From Octopus sinensis (taxonomy: Eukaryota): a stretch of 64,000 nucleotides of DNA. Below the pieces are notes generated by a model that was not told the DNA's origin, ran no database searches, and saw only the letters and a list, made by a program, of their open reading frames with translations. This document shows, piece by piece, positions 12,491 to 25,509 of the stretch. Numbering within the stretch: the stretch's first letter is position 1; the number at the start of each line of letters is the position of its first letter. The stretch lies in the NCBI RefSeq assembly GCF_006345805.1, contig NC_042998.1, forward strand, positions 16,430,001 to 16,494,000, given 5' to 3'. The position numbers and the translations under genes were made by a program.

Positions 12491-13871
12491 CATATGTGTA
12501 TATGTATGTATGTATGTATATGTACATACACACTCTACACAAACGAAAATACATGGCCCCATTCATCATTTTTGAATATACACGCCGCAAAGTTTTGAGT
12601 GTAATTTGGACAGTGATTAATACAAAGCAGGTGTTAAGATAAAGATAACTATTCAGAAACAGTTGTTGACAACTTACCTCTTTGAAAGTTAAAAGCGAAA
12701 CGTATTTATAACTAATTTCAACACGAAATGTTGTTTGAATTAAATATATCACAAACAAAACTTCGTGTTTATTTCCTCTAAAAAATTATAAAGTGGTGTG
12801 GTAAGAATATGTTGGAAAATTGACGGTTTCTTTTTTTTCTTTTGATTTAATCACACGAATATAATTTTAGGACATACATTCTTTGTCGTTTCTTCTTTTC
12901 ATTTCTTTTCTTTGTGGTATATAAAATGTTATTAGTTGGCCATGCTATTTGTTTGGCGATATAAATCAGATGCCTTCCTACTTTTCGTTCTTATGAACAA
13001 CACATGGATTCTAGCGGTGCATGTCTATTCAAATTTAACTAAATTGATATATGTCACGACTATGGAGTGTAAGAATTTCTGTTCATTGTTACATACAATA
13101 TTCTGTCAGAATTACATTTGTCAATCGCACACTGGTTTTCATTCTATCTGTCTCTCCGTTGCTCTTACTTCGCTATTTTCTTTTCTCTTCTCCCTATTTA
13201 TCTCAATCAACTCTCTTTTCTTCCATCCACCGCTTTCTTTCTCTGTCAGTGATACATTTTACTCTGCACGCTGAATTTAGAATAGCGTCAAGGGAAACCA
13301 TTGCAAACGAAAATAATAGTAATAATAGCAATTATTGTAAGGAAATTATGTTCACCATGCTGATTCTATTTATTGTTATGCCAGCATTTCTGCGAGTTAT
13401 GACTATTTTAATGTATCTACGCGTCATGTTTGTCTTATGTAGTACTGTAATTACTGAAGGCAGTTTATGTAGCTCCATTCAGTTTAAGTGTAATGTATAG
13501 ATTATCTTGTTGCTGGCTTTCCACCATCACTCGATTGACTGCATTTGAAATCTTTCAATATGAGCACTTGCTTTCTCTTTTATATAATTTATTCCCAAAC
13601 AGCAAATATATTTCCCCACACAATTTTTGTAAAGAAAAATAGCAAAATATCGCCTATAAAAATATAGATAATCTTATAATTATTAGCGAATTTTATTGGG
13701 ACAAGAATACATATAATTTACGAATCATTTTTCGAGTTAAGAAAATTACTTGATATGATTATGTTTCATTTCCTTTTTGAAACTCAACACACTGTTATTG
13801 TCCTTCCGGAAACTGCAAGGATAATCGATCATACCTACAACGTTTTAATGCATATCTTCAAATTGCTCAGA

Positions 13872-13872
<1 letters not shown>

Positions 13873-13902
<30 letters not shown>

Positions 13903-14138
13903 CGTATATATATATACGTATATATATATACGTATATATATATGTGTGTGTGTGTACATATATATATATATATATGTACATACTTATATATGCATGTATA
14001 TATATATATATATATATATTCATATATATATGTCCATACATACACATATACATACATACACACACACCCACACACACACATATATACATATATATATATG
14101 TGTATATATATATACATATATATATATATATACATACA

Positions 14139-14188
<50 letters not shown>

Positions 14189-14190
14189 AA
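13873..14190. repeat. Compound (TA)n/(CA)n microsatellite
   Basis: Direct reading. Confidence 0.95.
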
Positions 14191-14553
14191 TACGAAGTTA
14201 CATAAGCAGACACACACACATACAGACTGATAATTAACTGGTGATGAAAGATACGCTTGAGGAAGGAGCACATCATACTGGCATATAAAATTATCGGAAC
14301 TGTCATATAAGAATGAATAATTTGTATCTAATGTCTTTATTATTCGTAATATATTTAAAGGCAATCAGAAATAGATAAATAAATAAATTGACGAATAGGA
14401 AGAGAACATTGTTTGATAGTGAATAAACAAGGATATATAGATTAATATATAGCTACACGACTCTGTAGACAAAATACCATTTTTTTATATGCAGGAGAAC
14501 AGCTTTCGTAAAACTAGTCGAATTGATATGAGTTGCATATTATTTACCTATAG

Positions 14554-14654
14554 ATGTTCGTTACAGAGAAATGCAGTGAAAAATGATTGATTTATCCTTG
14601 GACATCACCGATGTTTTCGAATCTGCTCTAATACATATTCCCATCACTGGGAGG
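14554..14654 (+). other. Exon-like block; frame MIDLSLDITDVFESALIHIPITGR (14583-14654) ends at a strong donor
   Basis: Donor AGG|GTGAGT at 14655. Acceptors tttacctatag (ends 14553) and ttcgttacag (ends 14566). In-frame TGA at 14577-14579 next to an A5 run. Confidence 0.3.
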
Positions 14655-15275
14655 GTGAGTTACTAACAAACATCATCTACATTTAATACGTGCGATAGCA
14701 TCTTTTCCTTTACGCACTAGTAGTTTTGTTAAGCCAGATGATTTCTTTTTTACAACAGTCACTTTTTCATGACTGACCTAGAATCTCGTAACAATCATAC
14801 GTACAGATTATCTCGAATTTCAACGATATCTAAGCGTATACAAACACAATTCTCGTACTATTCAGCCTCACATCAAATCAGATCTAATTCTGTGAACAGT
14901 GACCTCTAAAACATAATTCATTGATTCCTTGCCTATCATGCCTCCTGTCTATACAGAAAAAGATTCATACAGAAATTGTGACGATATTATTTCATAGTGA
15001 AGTTTTCATTTTAAAACTTTTGGAAATTTTGTGTTACCCAAGGTACTACAAGTAAAATATCGCGACGATATATAACCATAGAAGCCTCTATAAGTTTCAT
15101 TATTTCGAGTAACCACATTCTGCACGAAACATTTAAACACAATCACCCTATAGCAGAAATCCTTTGCAAAAGATCCAGAATAATAAAGTAAACGAAGAGA
15201 CATATAAAAACAAAATTGTTTAATACTCTATGTGTGTACACATGCACACACACGCACGCACACATGCGCACACAT

Positions 15276-15308
<33 letters not shown>

Positions 15309-15423
15309 CAGATATATATATAAGAAGTACTCGATTTTGCTGAAATGTAATATGAAATATATATTAGAATATGTATTAGTAATCCAAAATAAGTCGTGCC
15401 TCTAATACTGTGGAATATATCGA

Positions 15424-15555
<132 letters not shown>

Positions 15556-16468
15556 GGCCCGGGACCTATGGACAACTTCCAGAGATCCCTGGCCTGGCGG
15601 TGCTACCGAGAAGCGCTACCCGTTCGGGATAAGCTCTATAGGCATGGCTCGAGAAACACGGGGCCGACCTGCCCGAGATGCGGGCAGAGCGACGAAACCG
15701 CTCTGCACGCAATCGTGCAGTGTCCAGCAATTTCCCACCTGTGGGCTTATGTCGAACGACTGCTGTCACGTGTGGGACGTGTCGGTTTATCAGCCGAGTC
15801 TATCGTTAATATCGTCACGCCTCCTTCCTTCAAACGGGAAGGAAGAGCTATTTTTATCATACTTGTGGCTATGGCGAAAGAATGTATCTGGTGGACGCGT
15901 CTGAAAGGATTAGAGACACTTTCCTCTCTGGTCAATCTCTCATCAACTTCTTCAAGTATCACTTGAAGAAAAAAGTGAGAGTAGAGAGGCAAGTTTTGTC
16001 TAGTGAATGTTTTAAAAAATGATGGGTGAATGTAGCAAGGATGGCACGTATGAATGACGAAGCCACCTTGACTATGATTCTATGAACCGTAAAAATTAAT
16101 ACAGAGAGTTGCTTATTTGCAAAAAAAAAAAAAGAAATATAACATGTGACTTCATTGACCGAGGTTACCGTGGTCTTTTCCGTAGGCTTTTCTTTCCACG
16201 GGTAAACCTCACCTGTCCTCCCCTTTACACTTCATATTGACATTTCTGTGATAACGATCCCTATTGATCAATTTTTTTCCTCTCCCCCTTTTTTTTAACC
16301 CCCCCTTTTTTTGTCCTCTTTCTCTCCTTTTACGATCCCTTTTGATCGACTCCCCCCTTTTTTATTTTTTTTTTTATTAATTTTTTTTTTTTTTAAACCT
16401 TCAAAAGAAAAGCTCTACCTTGTAATTTGTTCTATCTGTGTGCAGCCCTGTGTGGCTAATAAAGAAAC
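15556..16468 (+). mobile_element. 5'-truncated L1/Tx1-clade LINE: ORF2 C-terminal zinc-finger region plus 3' UTR
   Basis: ORF 15568-15966 SLAWRCYREALPVRDKLYRHG...TCPRCGQSDETALHAIVQCPAISHLWAYV matches the CxxC..ET..H...C zf-RVT pattern. The 3' UTR has a pyrimidine tract and ends aataaagaaa. Confidence 0.88.
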
Positions 16469-16477
16469 ATATCTATC

Positions 16478-16524
<47 letters not shown>

Positions 16525-16705
16525 ATATCTATCTATCTATCTATCTATCTATTTGTCTATCTATCTATGTATCTATCTATCTATCTATCTAACTATCTAT
16601 CTATCTATCTATCTATCTATCCATCTATCTATCTATCTATCTATCTATATATCTATCTATCTATATACCTACCTACCTATCTATCTATCTATCTATCTAT
16701 CTATA

Positions 16706-16768
<63 letters not shown>

Positions 16769-16769
16769 G

Positions 16770-16828
<59 letters not shown>

Positions 16829-16831
16829 ATA

Positions 16832-16894
<63 letters not shown>

Positions 16895-16947
16895 GTGTGT
16901 GTGTGTGTGTATGTGAGTGTGTGTATTTATCTATCTATCTATCTATG

Positions 16948-17010
<63 letters not shown>

Positions 17011-17013
17011 ATA

Positions 17014-17076
<63 letters not shown>

Positions 17077-17145
17077 GTGTGTGTGTGTGTATGTGAGTGT
17101 GTGTGTTTGTGTGCGTGTGTGTGTTTATATATATATATATATATG
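16469..17145. repeat. Compound (ATCT)n, (TA)n, (TG)n array
   Basis: Direct reading. Confidence 0.97.
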
Positions 17146-17156
17146 CATAGCGATTC

Positions 17157-17374
17157 TTTTATTCTTTTATTTTTTTACTTGCTTCAGTTATTTCACTGCG
17201 ACCATGCTAGGGAGTCACCTTTTAGTCGAGCAAATCGACCCCAGAACTTATTCTTTGTAAGCCTAGTACTCATTCTATCGGTCTCCTTTTGCTGAACCGC
17301 TGGGTTACGTGGACGAAAACACACCAGCATTGCATGTCAAGCGATGTTTAGGGGGGACAAATACAGACACACAA

Positions 17375-17405
<31 letters not shown>

Positions 17406-17545
17406 CGACGCGATTCTTTCAGTCTCCGTCAACCAAATCCACTCACAAGGATTTGGTCGGCCCGAGGCTAAAGTAGAAGAAACTTACCCAAGGTGCCACG
17501 CAGTGGGTCTGAACCCAGAACCATGTGGTTGGTAAGCAAATTACT
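17157..17545 (-). mobile_element. SINE family K, near full length
   Basis: Reverse complement of tail, internal (CA)n(TA)n, and head (aaatccactcacaagg...ccaaggtgccacgcagtggg...aaccatgtggttggtaagcaa). Confidence 0.9.
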
Positions 17546-17620
17546 GTATGTTTTTAAAATTGCGATAAAGACATTACATAGAGGGGAACATTACAACACA
17601 TGTGCGGTCATATAACAATT

Positions 17621-18009
17621 GTGGAGGCGCAATAGCCCAGTGGTTAGGACAGCAGACTCGCGGTCGTAGGATCGCGGTTTCGATTCCCAGACCGGGCGTT
17701 GTGAGTGTTTATTGAGCGAAAACACTTAAAAGATCCACGAGGCTCCGGCAGGGATGATGGTGATCCCTGCTGTACCCTTTCACCACAACTTTCTCTCACT
17801 CTTACTTCCTGTTTCTGTTGTACCTGTATTTCAAAGGGGCCGGTCTTGTCACTCTCTGTGTCGCGCTGAATATCCCCGAGAACTACGTTAAGGATACACG
17901 TGTCTGTGGAGTGCTCATCCACTTACACGTTAATTTCACGAGCAGGCTGTTCCGTTGATTCGGATCAACCGGAACCCTCGTCGTCGTAACCGACGGAGTG
18001 CTTCAATCC
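17621..18009 (+). mobile_element. tRNA-derived SINE family R (tRNA-Arg-like head), full length, with 12-bp TSD
   Basis: A box TAGCCCAGTGG, B box GGTTTCGATTCC. TSD catataacaatt at 17609-17620 and 18010-18021. Similar in style to the Octopus OR SINEs (assignment not verified). Confidence 0.9.
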
Positions 18010-18149
18010 CATATAACAATTAAAATATAATATGATGGTATGAATAACGCATGAAAATAAACATGAAAACACAAAAATTAAAATATTAAAATAATGATAC
18101 CTGAGAATGATACCTGAGAAATGAGAATATGAAAAGTGTGTTACTCACC

Positions 18150-19300
18150 CCACACTGAGTAACATCACTCACCACATCTGAGCCCTGAGTCCTCTTTAGT
18201 CTTTAATCTATTGCTTCTTTTACCGTTTTCCCCATCGCTGAGTGACAACACTCTCTCCTCCATATTACACGTAACCTTTTTCACCGGGGAAGGGTCTTGT
18301 AAATTTTGTAGTGTCTGTCCTTTCTTCTTTTTCCCTGTGGGTGAGTTTGGTGTCTGTATGGGGAGGGTGGGTCTGAATGGTCTTGGGTGGGATGGAGTTC
18401 GTCTGGAGTCCCACATTGCACTGACTGTTCTTCCACTTCTTTCTTGCTTTCCTTTTATTCTCTGTCACTGTCCATTTCTTCTTTGTTCCTGCCATCTACT
18501 TCTTCCTTTTTCCACTCCGTCTCCGCCACTACTTCGTCTGTCGTTTTCCTCTGTAGAGGCCACATTTAAAGCAGCGTGGGATTCTGCCCTCCACCCATAC
18601 TCTTAGAACTATCTCACCCAACGATACTGTCTCTGCCAATTTTTCCAATTGTTTTTTCCTCGGTCTGAATGATAAGTTCAAACGAAATCCCTTTTAATTT
18701 TTCTTCTTCCGCTTCCGTGACCTGGAGGGCAGCCACGACCTCCTCACTTCCGATGAGGATGGCTGCCGCAACCAAAGCCACATCTATATCAGCCGAGAAT
18801 CCTTCTATCCTTATCTTGGAAGTCCTTCTTCCAAGATGCGTGGGTAGAAGGACCACTTCCTCCGAATTTACTGTTTTACACGACAGCCTCCTTGACTCCT
18901 CCTCTGTTCTAAACTGGACTACCATTGTCCTATATTGGCACCATCTTGTCATATATATTACTCCGTTGTATTCCTCCTTTACTGCCTTTTCTATTTTCTC
19001 TATTTCTATTTGGTCGAACTTCTTACTCTTTATCGAATAGACTTTGTATATGACTGTTCTTATTTTTATATCATTCATTATTCTTTGTGGGGGCGAAAAC
19101 GTCATGCTGCCGCCCACTTTCTGCACCATTTTCTCGTGCTCCTTTATTCTTGACAGGTCTGCTTTTCTCCCCTTCACCTCCGTAGCGTTGGCGAAACTTT
19201 TCATTTTCTTCATACATTCATCCATACTTGCTACTGCTCTCACCAGCTCCTCCTCAGAAGAAGACAGATCAGAGCAGCAAAAAACAAATAATAATAATAA
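18150..19300 (-). mobile_element. L1/Tx1-clade LINE 5' fragment (ORF1/gag-like), without ORF2
   Basis: About 200 open codons from 19225: MKKMKSFANA...MVVQFRTEEESRRL...LLPTHLGRRTSKIRIEG. After a frameshift at an A-run near 18655 it reads VLRVWVEGRIPRCFKCG (first half of a CCHC knuckle), followed by a K/E-rich tail. Confidence 0.75.
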
Positions 19301-19349
19301 TAAATAATGCCTCACTCTCACACAACGACAAACCAAATGCACTCTGGGT

Positions 19350-19398
19350 AACCGGAAGTCAGGTAAGCAAGCTACTTACCACACAGCCACTCCTCCGC
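19350..19398 (-). mobile_element. Short 5' head fragment of SINE family K
   Basis: ggtaagcaagctacttaccacacagccactcctccgc is the reverse complement of the head. Confidence 0.8.
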
Positions 19399-19419
19399 CT
19401 ATGTTTGTTTTTTTTTCAT

Positions 19420-19800
19420 TTTTCTTTACACGAGTTAGAAAATGACGCATGCATCATTTCAAGAGTATCATTTGCTAGGACAACCCAAATATGGATATGC
19501 ACCTACCTCCATGATCATCTTCTCCTAGACACATGATATAGATATCATCATCGAAGAATTTGAATGCAAGTGCACGTAGAATCACTTCAGCATCCTCTAG
19601 TTTGAACAGCGTTGCCTGTCTCTCTTCTTAGAGAGAGCTCATATCGCCGAAGGAAATTATCTAACCTATGAGTTGATGCTTTGATATCTCTGGAGGTATA
19701 TCCAACTGTGGCGCCATTGCAAGAGTAAATGCTTGAATATCTGTCAGGCGTTCAACCAAACCTCACCTATTAAGGCACACATTTTCTATCCTATGTCACA
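19420..19800 (-). mobile_element. pogo/Tigger-type transposase relic (CENP-B HTH to DDE junction)
   Basis: Minus strand LTDIQAFTLAMAPQLDIPP...G.LDNFLRRYELSLRR.T.LFKLEDAEVILRALAFKFFDD, matching the pogo GWLxxFLRRxxLSLRR motif. Confidence 0.7.
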
Positions 19801-20950
19801 TATCTACCAACGCATTTTACTCAATAGTATAGAGTTTTAGAGGGTGCAGTAAATCATATTTACATTACTATGTTACTTGAACTATATTTCAGTTACAATT
19901 CTTTATATCTACTCAGTCTCTAAAGCATTGACCCACAGACCTATTAAGGGGGTGCTGTTGCCTCTACTTAACCTGTTAGGTAGTCGACTGTTTCACATTT
20001 GGCATGGAGATTACGTGCTCAATGCAATCCATTTTTACTGGTATTATGAACACGCTTCTTTAGACGTATCTTGCAATTAGACCAAACCCCTATGTCCACA
20101 CCTACCTTATCACCTGTATATATCACGGCATTATTTGAAGCGTGATAGTTTTCTTACCAGTAAACCCAATAATTACCCAACAGCTATAATCGTCTCATAG
20201 GCAGTCATCGCGAGAGAAAAGATTTTATTTCTTATTTACACTACAAGTATGAGCAATATAAGTCCAGCTACACTGATTATCCATATTATTATCTCACTGG
20301 AGTAGACTAAATGCATATTTATTTCATTTCAAAGAGAAGTATGCGATTTTAGTTTTTGCTGCAATTGGAATAAACTGGTGGGATTTTATGTATCTTTATA
20401 CTGTAGCCATGCCCTGTATTTTCTAAGCGTATCACATATATATAAACGCTCTTGTGTATAAAACATAAGAATCATACGCAAGTGTATAACGATTTTATTT
20501 ACATATGGCAATACATGTCTGCTTATCCTGCTTATTATCTGAAATATATGCATTGTAAATGATTTTGGCAGAAAAATGCAAACCAATGAATATCAATTCC
20601 ACTGTGTTCCTCTCTTTTTGAAAACAAATTTTGCGAGGATACTTTGTTTAAAAAACGAAATTGCCTGTAATTAAATTGAATTGCCCCCGTTATTTTGCTT
20701 TTTTGTGTGATACAAACTAAATTTAATAATCAAACACTTCTAATTATATTAAATCTTGCCATTGCATATAAAATAAATTGACAAATTCACATAAGAAAAA
20801 AAAATAATTCAAACCTAGAAATAATTATGGATGCCTAATATCACATAAATGTGGTATCTTACGAAATATTCCCGTTGAAATATGAAGGCTGGATTCAATT
20901 TTAAGTTGATAAAATATTGATGAACGCAAATTAAATTTAAAATATTTTGA

Positions 20951-21187
20951 CTACTTTTCCCAAGCATAATTTCACAAACAATAAGATCCTACATACAATT
21001 TTGTATATTAACATACTCTCCATGCAAGTCATTAGTCTATAGATAGTAACTTCCCACATAAAATCTGCTCTGTATGTAACGAATACGATACAATAAATAC
21101 TTGAACAAGGGACAAATAATACTACTTGTGTATTTGTATACATGAAACTGGAGTGGGTTTTCTAAAGATTTCCTTACCATACTATTT
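20951..21187. repeat. Dispersed repeat, copy 1 (homologous to 29709-29941), unclassified
   Basis: Collinear similarity from ctacttttccc to ccatactattt in both copies. Confidence 0.85.
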
Positions 21188-21569
21188 CATCTATAACTTT
21201 GTGTCATTTCTACCTCAAAATAAGTAGTACTCTTCCACACGTAACGTGTAAGTGATGGATTGTATTATAATTTATAATACGTGAAATACTTTTCCAGAAA
21301 AAAACACTCTTTTCTATATGACATCAGTAGTTTTCGTGCATGTTGTTCCGGTGATTTTTATGACGCAGAAACACTAACATCAACTAACATATAAATATTA
21401 TCCTCCTGCTTTGAAAAGAAAACTACGTATAATTTCTATGTTACGGTCCTGCGATAAAACCATTAATGTTAATGATTTTTATTTTTCGTAATGATGAATG
21501 GATTTTCAACAAGATTATTTATTTGGACTCAATAAAGCAAGCTCATCATTCTCTATATTTAGTGAGCAG

Positions 21570-22100
21570 AAAATCATTTGTTATTTACTTCGGAAGTTTT
21601 TTTTTCCTCGATTAAGCGCTAGGTCTCCAACTCCTTTGCCACTTTCGTCCAATCACCTCTTGATATTGTTCATCCGTTACGTTATTTGCCTGCCTCTTGC
21701 TCTACTTTCCTCTACTCTTCATTCCATGATAATGTGTTCCAAATCTCTACTTTATTGAATAAGGCATAATAGATGAACTTTTATTTTTCACAATATTCTG
21801 GAGTTGCCGTTTTTCACCTACTTGTGTATATGTAAAGTAATCACAGACAGAATTGATGGAAAAATTCACCCGACTGAAATGTTTAGATTTGACTCACACC
21901 CGCTCAAGAATCAATCAGCTTCACTGAGTTCTATATTTCCATATTGTGACAGATTCGATTACCACTTTTTGTATGTTGCACATTCAGGTACCGCATCATA
22001 AAAAAGTTCTGTCATTTTCTACAAGAACTCGTTTTTATATATGAAGCGGCATTCTCACTTACTGTCGATAGCCTGAAGATTGGATAACCTATAATGCCCC
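21570..22100 (-). mobile_element. RTE-clade LINE 3' end relic
   Basis: Minus strand DLEHIIME*RVEESRARGRQIT.MNNIKR*...LALNRGK resembles the RTE C-terminus GxRxRGRxxxxWxxNIKxW...AxNRxxW. Confidence 0.55.
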
Positions 22101-24515
22101 ATTCACATTGATAAAATACTCTATTTTTTAACAAGATTAATGATTATGTAAATTGTTATTTACTCTAATCCAATTGTTCACATTAATATTTAAGCAATTT
22201 TTTTATTTATATAAACATCAGTTTGAAGCAATGGATTAGCGTATTTTATTAATATGAATGGGATATAATAGTCATCTAAATTCCAAGCTATTAATAATTA
22301 ATAATAATGTCGCTTCAGTGCCTGATAAAGTGGTATAGAAATACATCATGACCGCATTGAACATTAAATATCTGAATTTCCTGTTTCCGCATGTGGACGC
22401 GCTGTTCCGTAACATCATTTCTATGTGCTATGAGCTTGAATCTGAATTGAGATTACAGGATACAAATGTGTGATTCTGCTGCCTTCCCTCACGGAACGTT
22501 CATCAGGCATTTAGAACGTCTAGGTATTTAGAAGGTAAACTGCGAGAACAAAAACGTATACGATCTTATCCACACTTAGTAGAAGTGTACAAAATTCACC
22601 GATCTCGATTGGTACGTTATTGCTTGAACCAAACATAGATGAAATTAAAAGCTATCATAGTAAGAATTTGAACTCATTACAAAATGCAAGGATATAGCAA
22701 GGTTTTCGAATAAAGTTTGATATATTCAGTGAATTTGTCGCCTTTTCCGATGCTACATTTGAGAATAAATAGCACAAATTAAATTTCTTCCAGTCGGTAG
22801 CACCTGATTTCATACGAAGTGCTCTTCAAAATGAAAGTCATCACAATGTTTAACAAATTTCTCTCAACAGAAATTTCCCTCAAACACATACACTTACACA
22901 CACACACATACACACACATACATACACCCATACACACACACACTAGGGAATGCAAACATATACAGGCACACATACCAAAATTTACACAGCCCATATACAA
23001 TCATACACGGATATAGATAAAAGTCTACATATATTAACAGACAGAGTTCACACATACGTACATGCATACATAATACATACAGGCATACAATAACCGTTAA
23101 CACGTTAACATGTACATACATATAGCAACGCAAGTGTTGATGTTATTCAAGTTTTACAATAACTTTCTGAATGTTAATTTGATTTAAATTTCCCGAAGCT
23201 TTGAGGAATAATAATCTCGTATTTAAGCATAAAACCACAAAGAGAATCAGATTGTAGGCGTCGATGTCTTTCTCAGAGACATTAGCTATGAAATAAATTG
23301 GATTCAACAAGCAATCAAAACTGTTGTAAGGGCTTGGCGTACCAATACTTTGTAGCATCGGAGTATATGTATTGATAAACGATAAATAAGATGGATTCAC
23401 CATTTAAATGAGGCAATTTCTAGGACGATTATCGGGATTACATTCTATCTAAGTTATAAAGACTCAAATATACGGTTAGAGTCATGGTTTTATTATGCCA
23501 ATTACATAGCGCTAATTGTAATATGTCATATTAAATTCAAACCAAACTAACACATTTCTTTGTTGCACGATGTTCGCATGACTTGTTGCTATGGTTAAGC
23601 AGTAAATAAGCATGGGTTGAGCTGACCCGCGATTATAAATATCTATGCCATTACAGTATTCTGTTTAAAAATCATTAAATCTGGTGTACGCTTTACATTA
23701 CTTACATATTTGAGACACAAAAGTGAAGTTTCAAGAAAACTTCTAGAATATCGATAGTCTACATTAAGGTGTTCATGTTTGTTCCTATTTGCATTAATGG
23801 GAGGTGATATCAAAGAGATTATACTTAAAAGAAACTTTTAACTCAATGTATTTTGTATTATGAGTAACGGTTTAACGGGAGTTGTGATTATATTTGAATA
23901 TATTTTTAGCTCAAATAATCATCGTTATGCAGTTATTCATCTCCTAGAATATTTAACATACAACGGATTTCTACCCACCGACACACACGACACGCACACA
24001 CACACACAAACACACACGCACACACACACGCATGCAGACACTCACACACACACATGTGGATATTTCTATCAACATTTTCTCAATAGTTTATCATCTGTTT
24101 ATGCAGCTTATATAATTTGAGGCAAAATAATTAAATTCAGCAATCTCATTGAAACCAATCCATGGTTGAATATCTTTAAAATCAAGTAGTAATGCCTGAT
24201 ATTTGGAGAATGATAAGATCACGTTTTTCGAGAGAGTGTTGCATGTAAATCATCCTGATTTAAACCCTTAATTTATAGTGTTTGATAAACGAATATAGAA
24301 TGAGAAAACTTGAACTCCAAATTACATAAAAAAGAATTAAATGACAGTCATGTGGTTTCATAAAATCACTTGTTCCGTGTGGTTATAAACTTAAGTGCTT
24401 ACATAGTGATTCCAAAATACGTGTAACATATTGTCAGCGTATGATTTACTCAGGTATACAAACACAAAGACGGAGGGCCTCCTTTGAACAGCGGTTGATG
24501 GATTGTATTTTTAAA

Positions 24516-24646
24516 ACCGCTCACAAGTCTGTCGTCGGTCCGATGCTCTAGTGTAAGAGAATTTCTCAAGGTGCCAAACAGTGGTACTGAATCCAGAACT
24601 ATGTGAATGGGAAGCAAGCTTGTTACCATACAGTCACGACTGCCTA
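24516..24646 (-). mobile_element. Old 5' head of SINE family K
   Basis: ccgctcacaag...tcaaggtgccaaacagtggtactgaatccagaactatgtg...ttaccatacagtcacgactgc is a degenerate reverse complement of the head. Confidence 0.65.
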
Positions 24647-25404
24647 TAAATATATACAGCCTATAAATATATGTGTGTGTACGTGTGCGTGGTGTTATAT
24701 GTGCGTGTATATCGAGTGTGTTTGCCTTATTGCATAGAATGTTGAGCTGGTGTCTGTTCCTATATCCTCAATCTGACGCAAGACCTGTGAATTATATTAG
24801 CATACTTTAACTGGGTGTATATAGGTAGGATGAATTGTACTTGGATTACTGCTGAGCAGAGCTATAACACTAAGAAATAGATTAATACAGAATTTTATTT
24901 TCAACGTGAATATATATATATATACGGGAATATGTACACACAGTTACATCATATAAAGTATATATTCGTATATAACAGAAAACACTGGTTCTATATACCC
25001 TCTGCGCATATATATTTTTTATTATGTCACAATGCGTGTGTGTGTGCGCGCACGTTTGTTTGACTATATCGTTTGATGTACTTGCTTTTCTATAACAGTT
25101 GTTTAGAAGAGCAATATGGAAGTCACTTCTAGCAGGTTGAATGGGTGATTTGAAGTCATTTCATTTTGACAGCTGGAAAACATATTCACTGATTGACTGT
25201 CTCTTACATGCGAATGTTTGAGAAAAAGTATTTCTTATGCTTTATGATGTTCCTATGCTTTCAGATGATGCAATATTTGATATTGGCTATATCTTTATCT
25301 ATCTAACCCTCTGCGTATGTATATATATTTGTATCTGACTATCTCGGTCTTCCTTTCTTTATCTCTCTTTCTCTCTTTCACATACACACAGAGACTCTCT
25401 TTCG

Positions 25405-25405
25405 T

Positions 25406-25462
<57 letters not shown>
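25405..25462. repeat. (CT)n microsatellite
   Basis: Direct reading. Confidence 0.95.
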
Positions 25463-25465
<3 letters not shown>

Positions 25466-25509
25466 CACTCACATACTGAAATGAGTTTCGACGAAAATTG
25501 GCCGACGCT

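Noticed and set aside
17621-17700. tRNA-like sequence
   Set aside because: It is the head of a SINE with a 12-bp TSD, not a tRNA gene; no proper acceptor stem or terminator.
18085-18165. 13-bp tandem repeat and 9-bp hairpin (tgttactca/tgagtaaca) at the end of the Tx1 ORF1 fragment
   Set aside because: Short and single; not enough to call a TIR or terminator.
23143-23403. 86-aa ORF with GPCR-TM7-like NSFDCLLNPIY; other frames look BTB-like
   Set aside because: Conflicting weak resemblances in different frames and no convincing splice pair.
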